Positions 24,621 through 39,087 of a stretch of DNA of 64,000 bases are shown piece after piece (position 1 is the first letter of the stretch; every line of letters begins with the position of its first letter). The notes below the pieces were generated by a model that ran no database searches, was not told where the DNA came from, and saw only the letters and a program-made list of their open reading frames with translations. The DNA is from the human T2T-CHM13v2.0 reference genome, Homo sapiens: assembly GCF_009914755.1 (NCBI RefSeq), contig NC_060943.1; one strand, written 5' to 3'. Position numbers and translations under genes: made by a program.

Positions 24621-25199
24621 TAATTTATACCTGGCCGTAAGGAGTGTTGGGCCTACTGGAAGGAGCTCCGTAGGTTGTTGAGTGAATGATGCTTCCTCTG
24701 GGGACTCCCATCATCCTTGGCCTGCAAGCATCCTCTGGTGGACCAGGTCTCATTCCAGCATGAATTGGGGGCCTGAGGGGGGAAGGGGAGGGCAGGGCAG
24801 TAGCAAGCCGACAAATGCGCGAGCAGAGACAAGGTATGTTGTATGTTTAAGGAGGCTCAGGAGGGTGTGTAAGGTTGCCATGGTTTTCCTGCGGCCGCTG
24901 AGACGTGGAGGGCAACAGTGTGTGGTCTTTTCCTGGATGTTCTAGCCATCCGCAACTACTGCAGACATTGTGGCCAGTCAGATGCCCTTACTCTCATCGC
25001 TACAGCCTGCATTATCCTTGGCCGCTCGTGTTCCGTGGCCCCAAAGTATCCTGGCGTCAGAGACAAGTTCTGTCGGAACCCAGTAAGGAAAGAGGCCGAT
25101 GGTTGGTTCATTGTGGAATTTCCTTGGGGGATCTGGGAGACCCAGGGAGATCCCAGAGGGCATGGGAAGCTGGTCTGGAGCCTGTCGTTCCCCAAGTAG

Positions 25200-25592
<393 letters not shown>

Positions 25593-26393
25593 TGAAATAG
25601 ACTTAATGTTAGAAATGAGTGGAAATGCTTATAACTTCATCGCATTAGATTTGCTTTGATGTTGGGGGAGTGTTGGAGTTACACCGTTAGACCGTGAATC
25701 ATAGTAACCCCATGTTTAGATCCTATCTATGGTGGTGAGATGTGTGACTGGGTGAATTGATAGCGCTTCCTTAGCATGAAGTCATTGACTGTGAAGGTGA
25801 TGATGGTGTTGACTGCAGGGACTGTGAAAGGATTAATAAAAATCCCAGAGCACACTGAGCATTGAATACTTTAAATTTAACAACTGTTACTGGTGGGAAG
25901 TGTTATTGTATTGATCCAGAAATCAAGGCTCAGAGAAATGAAATGCTGTCTTTGAGGTAAGAGCTGTCAAGTGTCAGTTTCAAGTGTTTGGAGCTAGGAA
26001 CTTCTAGTCACTGTGTTTACACAGGATGTGAAGCCTTCAACATGGGGCAGGCACCTAGCTGGACCAGTGAGACTCAGGTACTGCCGTTGTAACCATTATT
26101 GCTATTATTACCATTTCCCCATTTCCCTGTCGTTTTAGAGCCCTTAGCTTCTGTATTTCACAGTCCACAAGTTGTTTCCGTTGTCCTGTGTCATTCTCTA
26201 ATGGCCGTTAAATAGGAGGCTTCTCTCCTTTACTCTGGTATTATGTTAAAAGCATCTATCTTCCCTCTTGAGCCCAGCACAGAGCTAGGCCCTCAGGAGG
26301 TGCTCTGTGATTCAGGCCGCCATCACTGTACACCTTTTCCAGTGGAGCACAGTCTGTGATCTCATTCAGCAGCTGAAAGGCCAATACTACTAA

Positions 26394-26570
<177 letters not shown>

Positions 26571-26941
26571 TGACCTGCCACTTCCTTCATTCCATCTTCT
26601 GACTCCAGGCCTGGCTGCACAAGAAGGCCTCTAGAATCTACCTTGCCTCTTTCCCACAGCTTTAGTCATTTTCCACAGTAACCTCTTCCTATCTGGTCTC
26701 CTATATCTCTGGGCTAAAGACAGGGTACTCTTTGGCTCCCAGCCAAAGGAGAAGGTGGTAAAAGGAAATGGGGTGTTTTGCAAACTCAAAGGTAATTTTC
26801 AGCTGTGCCTCATGAGGGGCTGGTGTAGGAACTGAGAACCACCACGATGGTGTCCTGGCTTCTCTGTCTGGGTCTGCTCATGTCACGTCTATTCTCTATG
26901 GCTTTTTCTGCCTTAGTGAGTTCAAGACAAGAGTGGCCACC

Positions 26942-27624
26942 TGGATTAGGGTTCTCTAAAGGGACAGAACTAATAGAATAGATATATATAAAAAGGACAG
27001 TTTATTAAGTAGTAATAACTCATGATTACAAGGTCCCACAGTAGGCTGTCTGCAAGCTGAGGAGCAAGGAAGCCAGTCCAAGTCCCAAAGCTGAAGAACT
27101 TGGTGTCCAATGTTCGAGGGCAGGAAGCATCCAGCATGGGAGAAAGATGTAGGCTGGTAGTCTAGGCCAGTCTAGTCTTTTCATGTATTTCTGCCTACTT
27201 TATATGCTGGCCTCGCTGGCAGCTGATTAGATGGTGCCCACCCAGATTAAGGGGGGGGTCTGCCTTTCCCAGCCCACTGACTCAAATGTTGATCTCTTTT
27301 GGCAGCACCTTTACAGACACACCCAGGATCAATACGTTGCATCCTTCAATCCAATCAAGTTGACACATTAATAAAAATCCCAGAGCACACTGAGCATTGA
27401 ATACTTTCTCTTTAAATTTAACAACTGTTACTGGTGGGAAGTATTATTGTATTGATCCAGAAATAAAGGCTCAGAGAAATGAAATGATGTTTTTGAGGTA
27501 ACAGCTGTCAAGTGTCCGTTTCAAGTGTTTGGAGCTAGGGACTTCTGGTGACTGTGTTAACACAGGATGGGAAGCCTTCAACATGGGCCAGGCACCTAGC
27601 TGGACCTAGCTGTTAACCATCACA
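26942..27624 (-). mobile_element. MLT2A-type 3' LTR of HERV-L, containing a 240-bp foreign insert (27367-27606)
   Basis: Minus strand begins TGTGATGGTTAA at 27624 and ends GAGAACCCTAATCCA at 26942; MLT2A blocks (ctgcaagctgaggagcaaggaagcc, caatccaatcaagttgacac). Confidence 0.85.
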
Positions 27625-30600
27625 ACTCCATCCCTTGTCAACTTGAACCCATACACATCTCCTGAGATCATACATAATCTTCAAATAAAGACAATAAGGT
27701 CATAATTATGCTTAACATAATACAAGTATCGTTCATGCAACCGAAACACACTAATCCCCAACCCAAGTGCTATTACATAAAGGTAGCAATACTTAAATGC
27801 TGATATGAAGTCAGTAAATCTTACGTCACATGATAAAGGAAATAAAATGCAGATGTTTTCTTAGTACAAGTGTATACATCACAAACATGTTTTTAATAAA
27901 AGAAGGAGGAAATACAACAATTACAGTCCTCATTTCTGCAACTGGTCACTTGGTCGTAGTTGGTATTAATGACTACCTTCTTCTCCTGCGCATTCTGTAT
28001 TCACTTTGCCTTCAGCAAGCACCTCAGCAGGTCATGGTTTTTTTTCCTGGTGGAGTGACCCAAACCTTCATTCCTGAAGGGTCTGGGCCATTTGTAGTCC
28101 TGCCTGGATTGGGCTGTTGTAGCTTCCCATTGACCTTAATCACAGGGCATGGTAATACTAAGAGATGCCCTAATGGATCTTCTGTATTCCATGCATACTC
28201 TTCCTTACCTCCATTGTGGAGTAGTAGACTGATTTCATCTTGATAGTCTGGGTCATTCATCCCAGCCAACACTGTAACTCCCTTCTTAGGCTATTGACTT
28301 AAAGGTAGGAGGAGCCCAAAGTGTCCAGGTGGCAATCTTAACTTCCAGTTTAATGGAATCGTTGTGTCTCCTGGTGGCAGCATTCCTCCCTCTGAAACTA
28401 AGACTTCTAGGCCAACGGAATGTAATGTCGCGGGAATAGGAAGCAAAATTTTGCTAGTTGATCACTAGGGATGATGTTGAGTGGTGCCATTTGCACTTCC
28501 ACCCCTTGATTCCTGGACCCATGAATCCTGGCTATGGGAGAAACAGTACCATATATTGGATGCTAATTCAGAGCATACATGGCCTACTGGAGAACTTTGC
28601 CCCAGCCCTGCAAAGTATTGTCACTAGTTGGAGTAATTATGACTACAAAAGGTCATTCCACCATTCTGTCAATCCAGTTGCTTCAGGACTATGGGGAACA
28701 TGGTAAGATCAGTGAATTCTGTGAGCATGAGCCCACTGCTACACTTCTTTAGCCATAAAGTGAGTGCCTTGGTCAGAGGCAATGCTGTGTGGAATACCAT
28801 TACGATGGATAAAGCATTCCATGAGTCCGTGAATGGTAGTCTTGGCAGAAGCACTGCGTGCAGGATAAGCAAACCCATATCCAGAGTAAGTGTCTATTCT
28901 AGTGAGGACAGACCTCTGCCCTTTCCATGATGGAAGAGGTCCAATATAATCAACCTGCCGCCAGGTAGCTGGCTGATCACCCCGAGGGATGGTTCCATAT
29001 TGAGGGCTCAGTGTTGGTCTCTGCTGCTGGCAGATTGGGCACTCAGCAGTGGCTGTAGCCAGGTCAGCCTTGGTAAGTGGAAGTCCATGTTGCTGAGCCC
29101 ATGCGCAACCTCCATCCCTGCCACTATGACCATTTTGTTCATGGGCCCATTGCACGATGACAGGGGTGGCTGGGGAAAGAGGCTGAGTGGTGTCCACAGA
29201 ACAGGTCATCCTATACACTTGATTATTAAAACCTTTCTCTGCTGAGGTCTTCCATTGGTGAGCACTCACATGGGATACAGATATCTTCACAGTTTTTGAC
29301 CACTCAGGTCCATCCACATCCCTCTTCCCCAGATTTCTTTGTCACCAACTTTCCAGTCATCCTTCTTCGAAGTCCCTGACCATCCAGCCAAACCATTGGC
29401 TACAGCCCATGAATCAGTATATAATTACACATCTTCTCATTTCTCCTTCCATGGAAAGTGCACAGCGAGGTGCACTGCTCCAAGTTCTGCCCACTGGGAA
29501 ATTTCCCTTCGCCACTCTCCTTCAGGGATGTCCTAGAAAGGGGCTGTAGTGCTGCAGCTATCCACTTTCAGGTGGTTCCTGCATATCATACAGAACCATC
29601 TGTGAACCAGGCCCTAGTCTTCTCTTCCTCCGTCAACCGATCATAGGGAACTTCCCATGAGGCCATCGGTGCAGGCTGGGGGAGAGAAGGTGGGGTGGCA
29701 GGAGTGGAGTCTGTGGGCATTTGAGCCACTTCCTCATGTAACTTGTGCCTTCAGGATCCGCTTGAGCCCAATCACATATATACCACTTTCATCTGATGAT
29801 GGAATGCTGCTGTGCGTGACCCACTTGATGGCTAGCTGGGTCAGAAAGCACCCAGTTCATGGTAGGCAGTTCAGGTTGCATGGTGATTTGATGACCCATA
29901 GTGTAACAGGCCAAGAGCTGTCTCTCAAAAGGAGAGTAGTTATCTGCAGAAGATGGCAGGGCCTTGCTCCAAAATCCTAGAGGCCTTCGCTGTGATTCAC
30001 CTATGGGGGCCTGCCAAAGGCTCCAAACAGCATCCCTATCTGCCACTGACACCTCAAGCACCATTGGATCTGCTGGGTCTTAGGGGCCAAGTGGCAGAGC
30101 AGCTTGCACAGCAGCCTAGACCTGCCTGTTGCAGAGCCTTCTCCTGTTCTGGATCCCACTCAAAACTGGCAGCCATTTGGGTCACTCGATAAATGGGCTG
30201 GAGTGGCATACCCAAATGAGGAATGTGTTGCCTCCAAAAACCAAATAGGCCCACTAGGCATTGTGCCTCTTTCTTGATTGTAGGAGGGACCAAATGCAGC
30301 AACTTACTCTTCACCTTAGAAGGCATATCTTGACAGGCCACACACCACTGGACCCCTAGAAATTTTACTGAGGTAGAAGGTCCCTAAATTTTAGTCAGAT
30401 TTATTTCCCATCCTCTGGCACACAGATGTCTTACCAGTAAGTCCAGTGTGTTTGCTACTTCTTGCTACTGGATCCAGTCGGCATAATGTCATAAATGTAA
30501 TGGACCAATGTGATATCTTGTGGAAGCAAAAAGCGATCAAGGTCTCTCTGAATAAGATTACGACACAAAGTCGGAGAGTTGATAGGCCCCTAGGGTAGGA

Positions 30601-32497
30601 CCGTGAAGGTATATTGCTGGCCTTGCCAGCTGAAGGCAAATTGCTTCTGGTGGGCCTTATGGACAGGAATGGAGAAAAAGGCATTTGCCAAGTCAGCGGC
30701 TGCATACCAGGTACCAGGAGATGTGTTAATTTGCTCAAGCAATGAAACCACATCTGGTATAGCAGCTGCAATTGGAGCAACCACCTGGTTAAGCTTTCTA
30801 TAATTCACAGTCATTCTCTAAGATCCGTCTGTCTTCTGCTCAGGCCAGATGGGAGAGTTGAATGGGGATGTGGTGGGAATCACCACCCCTGCATCATTCA
30901 AGTCCTTGATGGTGGCACTAATCTCCACAGTCCCTCCAGGGATGTGATACTGTTTTTGATTTACTATTTTTCTAGGTAGAGGTGGCTCTAATGGCTTCCA
31001 TTTGGCCTTTCCCACCTTAATAGCCTTCACCCTAACAGGGAGCCAGTGTGGGGGTTCTGCCAGCTGCTAAGTATGTCTGTGCCTATTACGCATTCTGGCA
31101 CTGGGAAAATGACCACAGGTTGAGTCTGGGGACCCACTGGACCCACTGTAAGTCAGGCCTGAGCTAAAACTCCTGACCTCCATAAGCCCCTACTTTAACT
31201 GGAGGACCACAATGATGTTTTGGGTCCCCTGGAATCAGCGTCAGCTCGGAGCCAGTGTCCTGTAGTCCCCGAAATGTCTGATCATTTCCCTTTCCCCAGT
31301 GCACAGTTACCCTGGTAAAAAGCCAGAGGTCTCCTTAGGGAAGGATGAGAGAAAGATTAACAGCATAAATTGTCAGTAGTGTAGTGGGGTCCTTCCTCAA
31401 GGGACCTGGCCTCCCCTTCATTCAAGGGGTTCTGGGTCTGTAAACTAGCCCAAGTCTGGAAATTGAAGGGCCATGATTCTGTTTTTGTAATTCAAATTAG
31501 TCTTTTGTCCATTCGACCTGGAAGTTTTCTGCTTATATAAATTAAATAGGATTGCAGTAGGCTTCCTATCAGTTTCATTTCTGGGAACACTGTGATTAAT
31601 TAGCCAACGCCAGAGATCTACATGAGTCAGACTATTCTGATTGCTGCTTTGTCTCTGTTGTCCATTATGATAGCTATGCCTACCTTGCCTTTGATGGTTG
31701 AGTGCCACCACTTGGCCCCTGCCACCTCGGGATCCAATTATTCCCAATGTATTAAATTTTTGTAGGTGAGTGACTGAAATTCCAACTGCTGGATCTGGCA
31801 ATTACAGGGCTCTTCAAAGATGCAGGTGCTGCCCTCGCAAATCTATTTTGCAAGCCATTGGTTAAGGTTATGTCTTATGGACCCTCCCAGCTGGGATGAG
31901 TAGGTCTAAAGTGACTAATCTACTCCATCATCCCAATCTCCCTAAGCCTTTGGATCCCTTCCTCTACATTAGACCAAGGGAGATCAAGCATTCCCAGCTC
32001 ACCCATGATGGGCCATCTTTTAATCCATATTTCAGCTAGCCAAGCAAATAAGCTATTGGAACCTTTTTTAACTCCTCAGGCTGCAACATTAAATGCAGGA
32101 TCCCTAATTAGTGAGCCCAAATCAATAAATTCAGCCTGATGCATCTGTATGTTCCTTCCAGCATTATCCCACACCCTTAATATCCATTCCCGTGCCTGTT
32201 CTCCAAATTTCTGCTTATATAAATTAGAAAACTCAATTCAAGTGTAGCTCACCTCCCCATGGGTCACACTCTGAACCTCACTTCTGTGGGCCCATCGGGA
32301 CTTTAGTTATAGGTCTAGAAGCAAACAAAGGTGTTGAGGGTGCTAGAGGAGAATCGATATTATCTTGCCTGGCAACTGCCTCAGGGGAGGCCATCACTGT
32401 TGCCTCAGGCAGCACAGGGTTTATCTCCTCAGACAAAGGTGGAAAGGCTGATGGCAGCATGGGTCGGGGAGAGGATGTTGCCACTATTGGGGATGCC
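27625..32497 (-). mobile_element. HERV-L internal region (gag-pro-RT-RNaseH-IN-dUTPase, no env), defective, antisense in ZNF264 intron 2
   Basis: Protease DTGS 31259-31248; RT YRKLN / DLANAFFSIPV / FAFSWQGQQYTFTVLP; YIYD in place of YIDD at 30499-30488; integrase HHCC plus QVDYIGPLP..IDTYSG in ORF 28739-29317; dUTPase-like DPDYQDEI in ORF 28024-28272, located after IN as in ERV-L. Confidence 0.93.
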
Positions 32498-32551
32498 ATT
32501 TTCCTTTCTCTTTCTTCTGCCTATTAAACCTCCACTCCTAAAAAAAAAAAA

Positions 32552-32882
32552 AGAAAGAAAATGATGAACTCAGGGATTCTAACTCCTGGCTTCAGAAGCA
32601 GATACTAAGCCTCAAATCTGCTAAGATTGCCCTGAGTGAGTCTTATCTCCTGTAGAGAAAAAGCTGAAATTGTAGAAAAACAGACATAAGCTAGTCATGT
32701 GAGTGGCTGACCTGCAACAAAAAGTGCATGCACAGCCTCACCAGGTGTCTACTGTTAAAGTGAGGGCACTGATTGGAAAAGAATGGGACCCTGAAACTTG
32801 GAATAGGGATGTGTGGGAGAACCCTGATGAAGCTGGGGACACTGAGCTTGTAAACTCTGATGAACCTTTTTTGCCATCCCCC
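32552..32882 (+). mobile_element. Inverted HERV-L gag fragment
   Basis: ORF 32703-32930 begins ADLQQKVHAQPHQVSTVKVRALIGKEWDPETW, ERV-L gag sequence that I recall as immediately preceding the minus-strand SPIVATSSPRP segment. Confidence 0.8.
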
Positions 32883-33049
32883 AAATGCCATCCCAGCGCT
32901 TTGGGAGGCCAAGATGGGAGGATCACTTGAGCCTAGAAGTTTGAGACAAAGCCTGGGCAACATAGTGAGACCCTGTCTCTAAAATAAATTGAAAAAAAAA
33001 AAAGCCACTCAGTACCCTGTTTTACTCCCCCACCCCACCCCGACCTTTG

Positions 33050-33462
33050 GGTCTTGTCTTTTTCTTTGTCTTTGTCTCTTGTCTCTTGTGTCTTGTCTCT
33101 TGTGTCTTGTGTCTTGTCTTGTCTTGTCTTGTCTTGTCTTGTCTTGTCTTTTCTCTTTTCCTTTTCTTTCGTTTTCTTTTCTTTTCTTTTTCTGTCTTGC
33201 TGTCTTGCCCAGGTTGGAATACAGTGGCACAATCTCGGCTCACTGCCTTTGCCTCCTAGGTTCAAGCAATTCTCATGCCTCAGCCACTTAAGTAGCTGGG
33301 ACTACAGGTGTGTGCCACCACACCCAGTTCGTTTTTGTATTTTTATTAAAGACGGGATTTTGCCATGTTGGCCAGGCTCGCCTCGAACTCCTGAGCTGAA
33401 GTGATCCATCCGCCTCAGCCTCCCAAAGTGCTGGGATTACAGGCGTGAGCCACCACACCCAC
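33050..33462 (-). repeat. (TCTTG)n/(TTTTC)n microsatellite forming the tail of a minus-strand Alu
   Basis: Pentamer run 33052-33200 abutting an Alu body. Confidence 0.9.
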
Positions 33463-34804
33463 CCTTTACTTTTTATAATAAAATTTTTTTTATACATTTG
33501 TTATATATGTGCTATATATAATTACCATATATGATTTGTTATAAACATTAGTATATAAATGCTGGATTTCTAATTGGATCAAATTATGGACATTGTTTTA
33601 ATTTACTTATTGTATGTGTATATATATACAACTTATTTATGTGAAGATATTTATATATATAGTTTTTAAGACTAAATAAGGGTGGTATTATGTTTGCTAG
33701 GCCTGGCATTTGTATGGTACATAAGGTTTAAAAGTTCACTTTCTTTTTTCTGCCCCTTGGGTTTGTAGCTGCCTTTTTCTTTTTTTCGTTATTTCTCTCT
33801 TTGTGTTTTAGGCTTTTGGCATCCAGAAGTAGTGGATCTTAGTTTCTGTCCCTGGGTAGTAAAAAGAAGCTGGGGAGAGGAAGAGGTTTGATGCCTCCAG
33901 GCAGCTGCCTCTCCCTGGTACAGCCTCTGTCCCAAGTGTAATCAGTCCCCCGCTAAATGACTAGTCTCTTACAGGATGGGAAGAGAGAATAAATAACTCA
34001 GTTAAGCAGCCCACCAGTGACTTTGGTGTTGGCTTGGTTGATTGGACTTGTATCCCAACACAATCCATCAGAGGAAGTCTCTACTCACTACCTTTTGTGA
34101 GGAGCCTCAGCCTCGTATATTACCCCGTAAACCAACCCAGAAACTAGGTGTGTTTATGTTGGAAAAGTAGACTAAGGAGATCAGTCTGTCCCAGAACGGT
34201 GCCAGCTGGGGAATTACTGCCCTTGCGTATCTAGACTGTGGCATCTTTAAACACTGGAAGGATCTGAGGAGCACTCCTTTAGGATTCCTACAGCACTTTA
34301 GGCCAGAAACCCATGGCAGCAAATGCCAGACGCAGCTGAAGCACAAGGCTGCCAGCATCTCGCAGCCTTCCCCGGGCAGAACTTTCTGTGTGGTACAATC
34401 CCTTAGTGAGCTGATCTTCAGCCTTCCCATGAGCGCAGAGTCAGCCTGCTGGGTGCACCAGTTGTATTAATTTGTATCTGTGGGCCAAGTGTGGTAGCTC
34501 ATGCCTGTAGTCCCAGCAGTATGGGAGGCAAGAGGGTTGCTTGAGCCCAGGAGTTTGAGACCAGCCTGAGCAATAAAGTGAGACCCAGCCTCTACAAAAA
34601 AAATCAAAAAAATTATCTGGGCGTGGTGGCACATGCCTGTAGTCCCAGCTACTCCTAAGGCTGAGATAGGGAAGATTGCCTGAGCCTGCGAGGTAGAGGC
34701 TGCAGTGAGCCATGATCACACCACTGCACTCCAGCCTGGGCGACAGAGTGAGACCCTGTCTCAAAAAAAAGCAAATTTGTACCCATGGGATTTTAATTTA
34801 TAGC

Positions 34805-36010
34805 AGTGACTTAGTGATGACACAGAGAGGTTAATAACATTGAAAGAAGAATTCATTATTTACAATTCGTGAAAGAAGAGGGCATATGCTGGGCCTCATG
34901 GGGATACAGCTGGAAGCACAGGGGAGGAGAAAGCCTTTAACTGGGTGTGGTATTCTGATACATACTGGTTTTTGTCCACCGTTCCTGATTCATAACCCCC
35001 ATAGCCCTTTTGTTAAAATGCTGGGTATGTTAGGCCTCAGGGACAGGCCTCTGACCTCCTGCCCTCCTTTCGCTCTAACGTTCCTCCACCTTTCTGACTG
35101 TGGGTCTCATGAGTGGGTCCAACCCTATACCCTGGGAAAGGAATGTTGATGTTTTGAAGCTTCCATAAAGACTCCAAGAGGTCACAGTTGAGTGAGCTTC
35201 CAGGTGGTCCCCCCAGGAAGGGCATGGAAGCTCTGTGCCCCTTCCGCCACACCTTGCCCTAGGAGTCTCTTCATCTGTATCCTTTGCAATATTCTTTATA
35301 ATACACTGGTAAACATGAGTGTTTCCTTGAGTTCCGTGAGCTGCTCCAGCAAATTAGTTGAACCCAAAGAGGGGGTCGCGGGAACCCCAACTCAAAGCCC
35401 ATTAGTCAGACATTTTGGAGGCCTGGACTTGTGACTGGAGTGCAGGGTGGGGCAGTCTTGTGGACTCAGCCCTCAACCTGTGGGATCCGAAGCTATCCCT
35501 GCGTGGATAGTATGGGAACAGAATTAGAGGACACCCCCCACTGGTGTCTGCTGCTTGGAGTTTGGGGAAAACCCCCCACACATTTGGTCATAGAAGTCTT
35601 GTTCTGTATTGTCATGGTGTGAGAGTAGAGAAAAAACATGATTAGAGAGAGTTTTCCCTGCGTATTGGGTTTCTTCTGGAAAAGCAAGACAGGGCATGGT
35701 AAACAGTTTAGAGCTGGCTAGTTTGAGTAATTTCAGTGAGGTTTGGGGCATAGGGACTATCTCTAGTTGTCTGGCACTTGGCCCTGGGTTGATTTAGGGC
35801 AGGGGAAATACTGGCTTGGTATGTGAGAGTTTGTTAAAGAAGTGGTTGGGGGTATGGTTTGGGGTTAGGTGGATTGCACATGAAAGGCATGTGCTTGTTC
35901 CCAGGGGAGTTTATTATCCTAGAAATTACCTGTCCCTGAGAGGAGCAGTCTCTCCCAAAGTCTGAAAAGGCTTCAAGATGTTCTGAGCAACGTCAAGAAA
36001 ATATGACTAC
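34805..36010. mobile_element. MER21-like LTR (+, ~34946-35663) nested in a MER54/MER74-like LTR (-)
   Basis: Shares blocks with the LTR at 6930-7686; flanks share ggctagtttga.taatttcag with the element at ~55790. Confidence 0.6.
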
Positions 36011-36457
36011 TGTATTTTCATCTGACATGAACCTAAACTTACTCGGTTTAGAAGATAAACCTTCATCTATGAAGCGGTCCTTTGAGGGTTTTTTGTTGTT
36101 CTTGTTGTTGTTTTTTGTTTTTTAAAGTAGAAGTCCTCTTTTTATGAAATGTTGGTGAGAGTAGATACTATTTGATGTTTCTGTAAATGTCCTTATTTAA
36201 CTCTATCACAGTAGAACGTTCAGTTTTTTAAATTTTTAATGGTTCATGAAATGCAGAGGTCTGGAATCACTGAACCTGCCCCTCCCCCTGGCTGCTGGTC
36301 CCTGAGGATGACCTCCAGCTCACATCTCTGCATCGTCATCACTACCCACCACCCACTCTGTGGTGCTAGTAATTTCCTCCTTAGTGTGGTGTTTGGAAGG
36401 GGAGCCAGAACCCTGGTGTCCAGCCCCAGCTCTGCTCTTTAAAAACTGTGTGGCCAT

Positions 36458-36789
36458 GGCCAGGCGCGGTTGCTTACGCCTGTAATCCCAGCACTTTGGG
36501 AGGCCGAGGTGAGCAGATCATGAGGTCAGGAGATCGAGACCATCCTGGCTAACACAGTGAAACCCTGTCTCTACTGAAAATCCAAAAAAATTAGCCAGGT
36601 GTGGTGGCAGGCGCCTGTAGTCCCAGCTCCTCGGGAGGCTGAGGCAGGAGAATGGTGTGAACCCGGGCTGAGGCAGGAGAATGGCGTGAACCCGGGAGGC
36701 GGAGCTTGCAGTGAGCCGAGTTCACACGCCACTGCACTCCAGCCTGGGCGACAGAGCGAGACTCCGTCTCAAAAAAAAAAAAAAAAAAA
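36458..36789 (+). mobile_element. AluY with internal 29-bp tandem duplication
   Basis: ggctgaggcaggagaatgg(t/c)gtgaacccg at 36637 and 36666; TSD aaaaactgtgtggcc. Confidence 0.9.
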
Positions 36790-36901
36790 CTGTGTGGCCT
36801 TGGTCAAATGACTGACCTTGTCTGTTCCTCAGTGTTCTCATTGGTGAGATGAGGATTTACCACATCTGCATCCCAGGGTTGTTACTGGGGTAAAGGGTTA
36901 T

Positions 36902-37239
36902 TGATAGGGTTTGGCTCTGTGTCCCCACCCATATCTCACCTTGAATTGTAATAATCCCCATGTGTCGTGGGAGGTAATTGAATCATGGGGACGGGTTTTT
37001 CCCATGGTGTTGTCGTGATAGCACATAAGTCTCATGAGATCTGATGGTTTTATAAAGGGGGGTTCCCCTACGCATGCCCTCTTGCCTGCTGCCATGTAAG
37101 ATGTGCCTTTCTCCGCCTTGTGTCATGATTGTGAGGCCTCCCTAGCCATGTGAAACTGAGTCCCTTAAACCTCTTTCTCTTTATAAATTACCCAGTCTCG
37201 GATATGTCTTTATTAGCAGCGTGAGAACAGACTAATAAA
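36902..37239 (+). mobile_element. THE1-type MaLR solo LTR inserted in a MIR
   Basis: 5-bp TSD gttat (36897-36901, 37240-37244); TAATTGAATCA at 36975-36985. Confidence 0.9.
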
Positions 37240-37946
37240 GTTATTACGTGAAAAGGGCTCAAAACAGCACCTGGGAGACCACGCTGTGTGCAGGGAGCCA
37301 TTGCAATCCTGTTGCCATCAGTACTGTTATTGTCATCCTCATCAAGATCACTGTCGTTGGCATACCTGGACCCGGGACTTTCTGGGTAGCGTTGTGGAGC
37401 TTTGTGGTTAAACAGCACCGACAGCAGAGATGGCAGGACCTGGGCCTTACTGACTCAGCCATTCACCAGTTCTGTGCTCTTCAGCAAATCACTTTACTTC
37501 CTGATCCTGGGTTTCTTTGTCAATAAAATGGTGTTGATCACGATGTGGACTTCCTGGGGATGCTGTGAGAAAATCCTCAGCTGGAATCCTCATTTTTTCT
37601 TTAGTCTAGAGGAAGAGCATTATAAAACATTGCTTAGGATGTAAAAAAAATAAGACTTAGATCAATGAAATCACATACCTTGTTTGGAATGAAAAGAGTC
37701 AATATTTAATATTTAAATCAGTTTTTCTCTAAGATACTCTATCAGTATTCACTTTTGGAATTACATAATGCATTTATGTAATTATGGAAACCTTGGTTTC
37801 CAGGTCACATGCCAGCTTTTCATTCCCATGCACAGGAGCAGCTTCACTCCAAGGTCTGGTCTCCATCCTGAAGTCCCAAACTAGATTGAAGGTCTTTATT
37901 TCTTTTCACCCACATCCATGTGTCCACTTGCTTTCTCCATAAACAG

Positions 37947-38042
37947 GGTGTCCTGTTCCCAAAGCTGAGCTGATCTGCCACCTAGAGCATGGGCAGGAGC
38001 CATGGACCAGGAAGGAAGACCTCTCCCAAGACACCTGTCCAG
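37947..38042 (+). CDS. ZNF264: ZNF264 coding exon 3, KRAB-B box
   Basis: aaacag|GG TGT CCT GTT...; CPVPKAELICHLEHGQEPWTRKEDLSQDTCP; 96 nt; G|gtagga. Confidence 0.96.
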
Positions 38043-38706
38043 GTAGGAGCCAAGATCTGGGCAGGTTGGAGTCCCTTCTGGCTTAAGACTGGATGGAGAC
38101 CACTGGCCCTGGAATCTCTTGGGAAGCTTCTCATTGTGGCCTCTCTCTATATAACTCTTATATAACTCTATCACACTAGAATGTTCCATTTGAGAGCCAT
38201 GGAGCCCTTTGACCTGTGTTTTCTCTGTCCTCCTAGCCCCATCACAGTGTCACCATGCCTGGGAAGAAGTGAGATTTAAGAACTAAGATGTGTTCAGGGG
38301 TTCCAACTGTGTGGGCCTGAAATGTGGCTTGCCAGTCACCTGCTGTGTGGCCCTGATGAAGTTGCAGGATCTCCTGTCTTTGTATATAACTTCAGCTAAG
38401 TTAACAGTAGCTGCTGTATCAGACAGATTCTAAAATCTCAGTGGTTCACATATGAAAACTCTTTCCCACTCATACCAGGGACTGTGTGGGTCAGCGAGGA
38501 GCTCTGTACGACACAGTTATTCAGGACCCAGGTTCCTTCTGTCATCAGCCTGTTGCATTAAGATTATCCTAACGTCCTCGAGCTGGCAGAGAATTGAGGG
38601 AATAAGGGAAGTTAAACCCACTTCCAGAAATACCAACTCCCCTCACATTCCACCCACAGGAACTAGGCATTTGGCTTGGGTCCATGGGACTGGGAAATGT
38701 GGCTGA

Positions 38707-39087
<381 letters not shown>

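Noticed and set aside
27625-32497. Active or domesticated retroviral enzymes
   Set aside because: Many frameshifts and stops, RT motif YIYD instead of YIDD, integrase split across frames.
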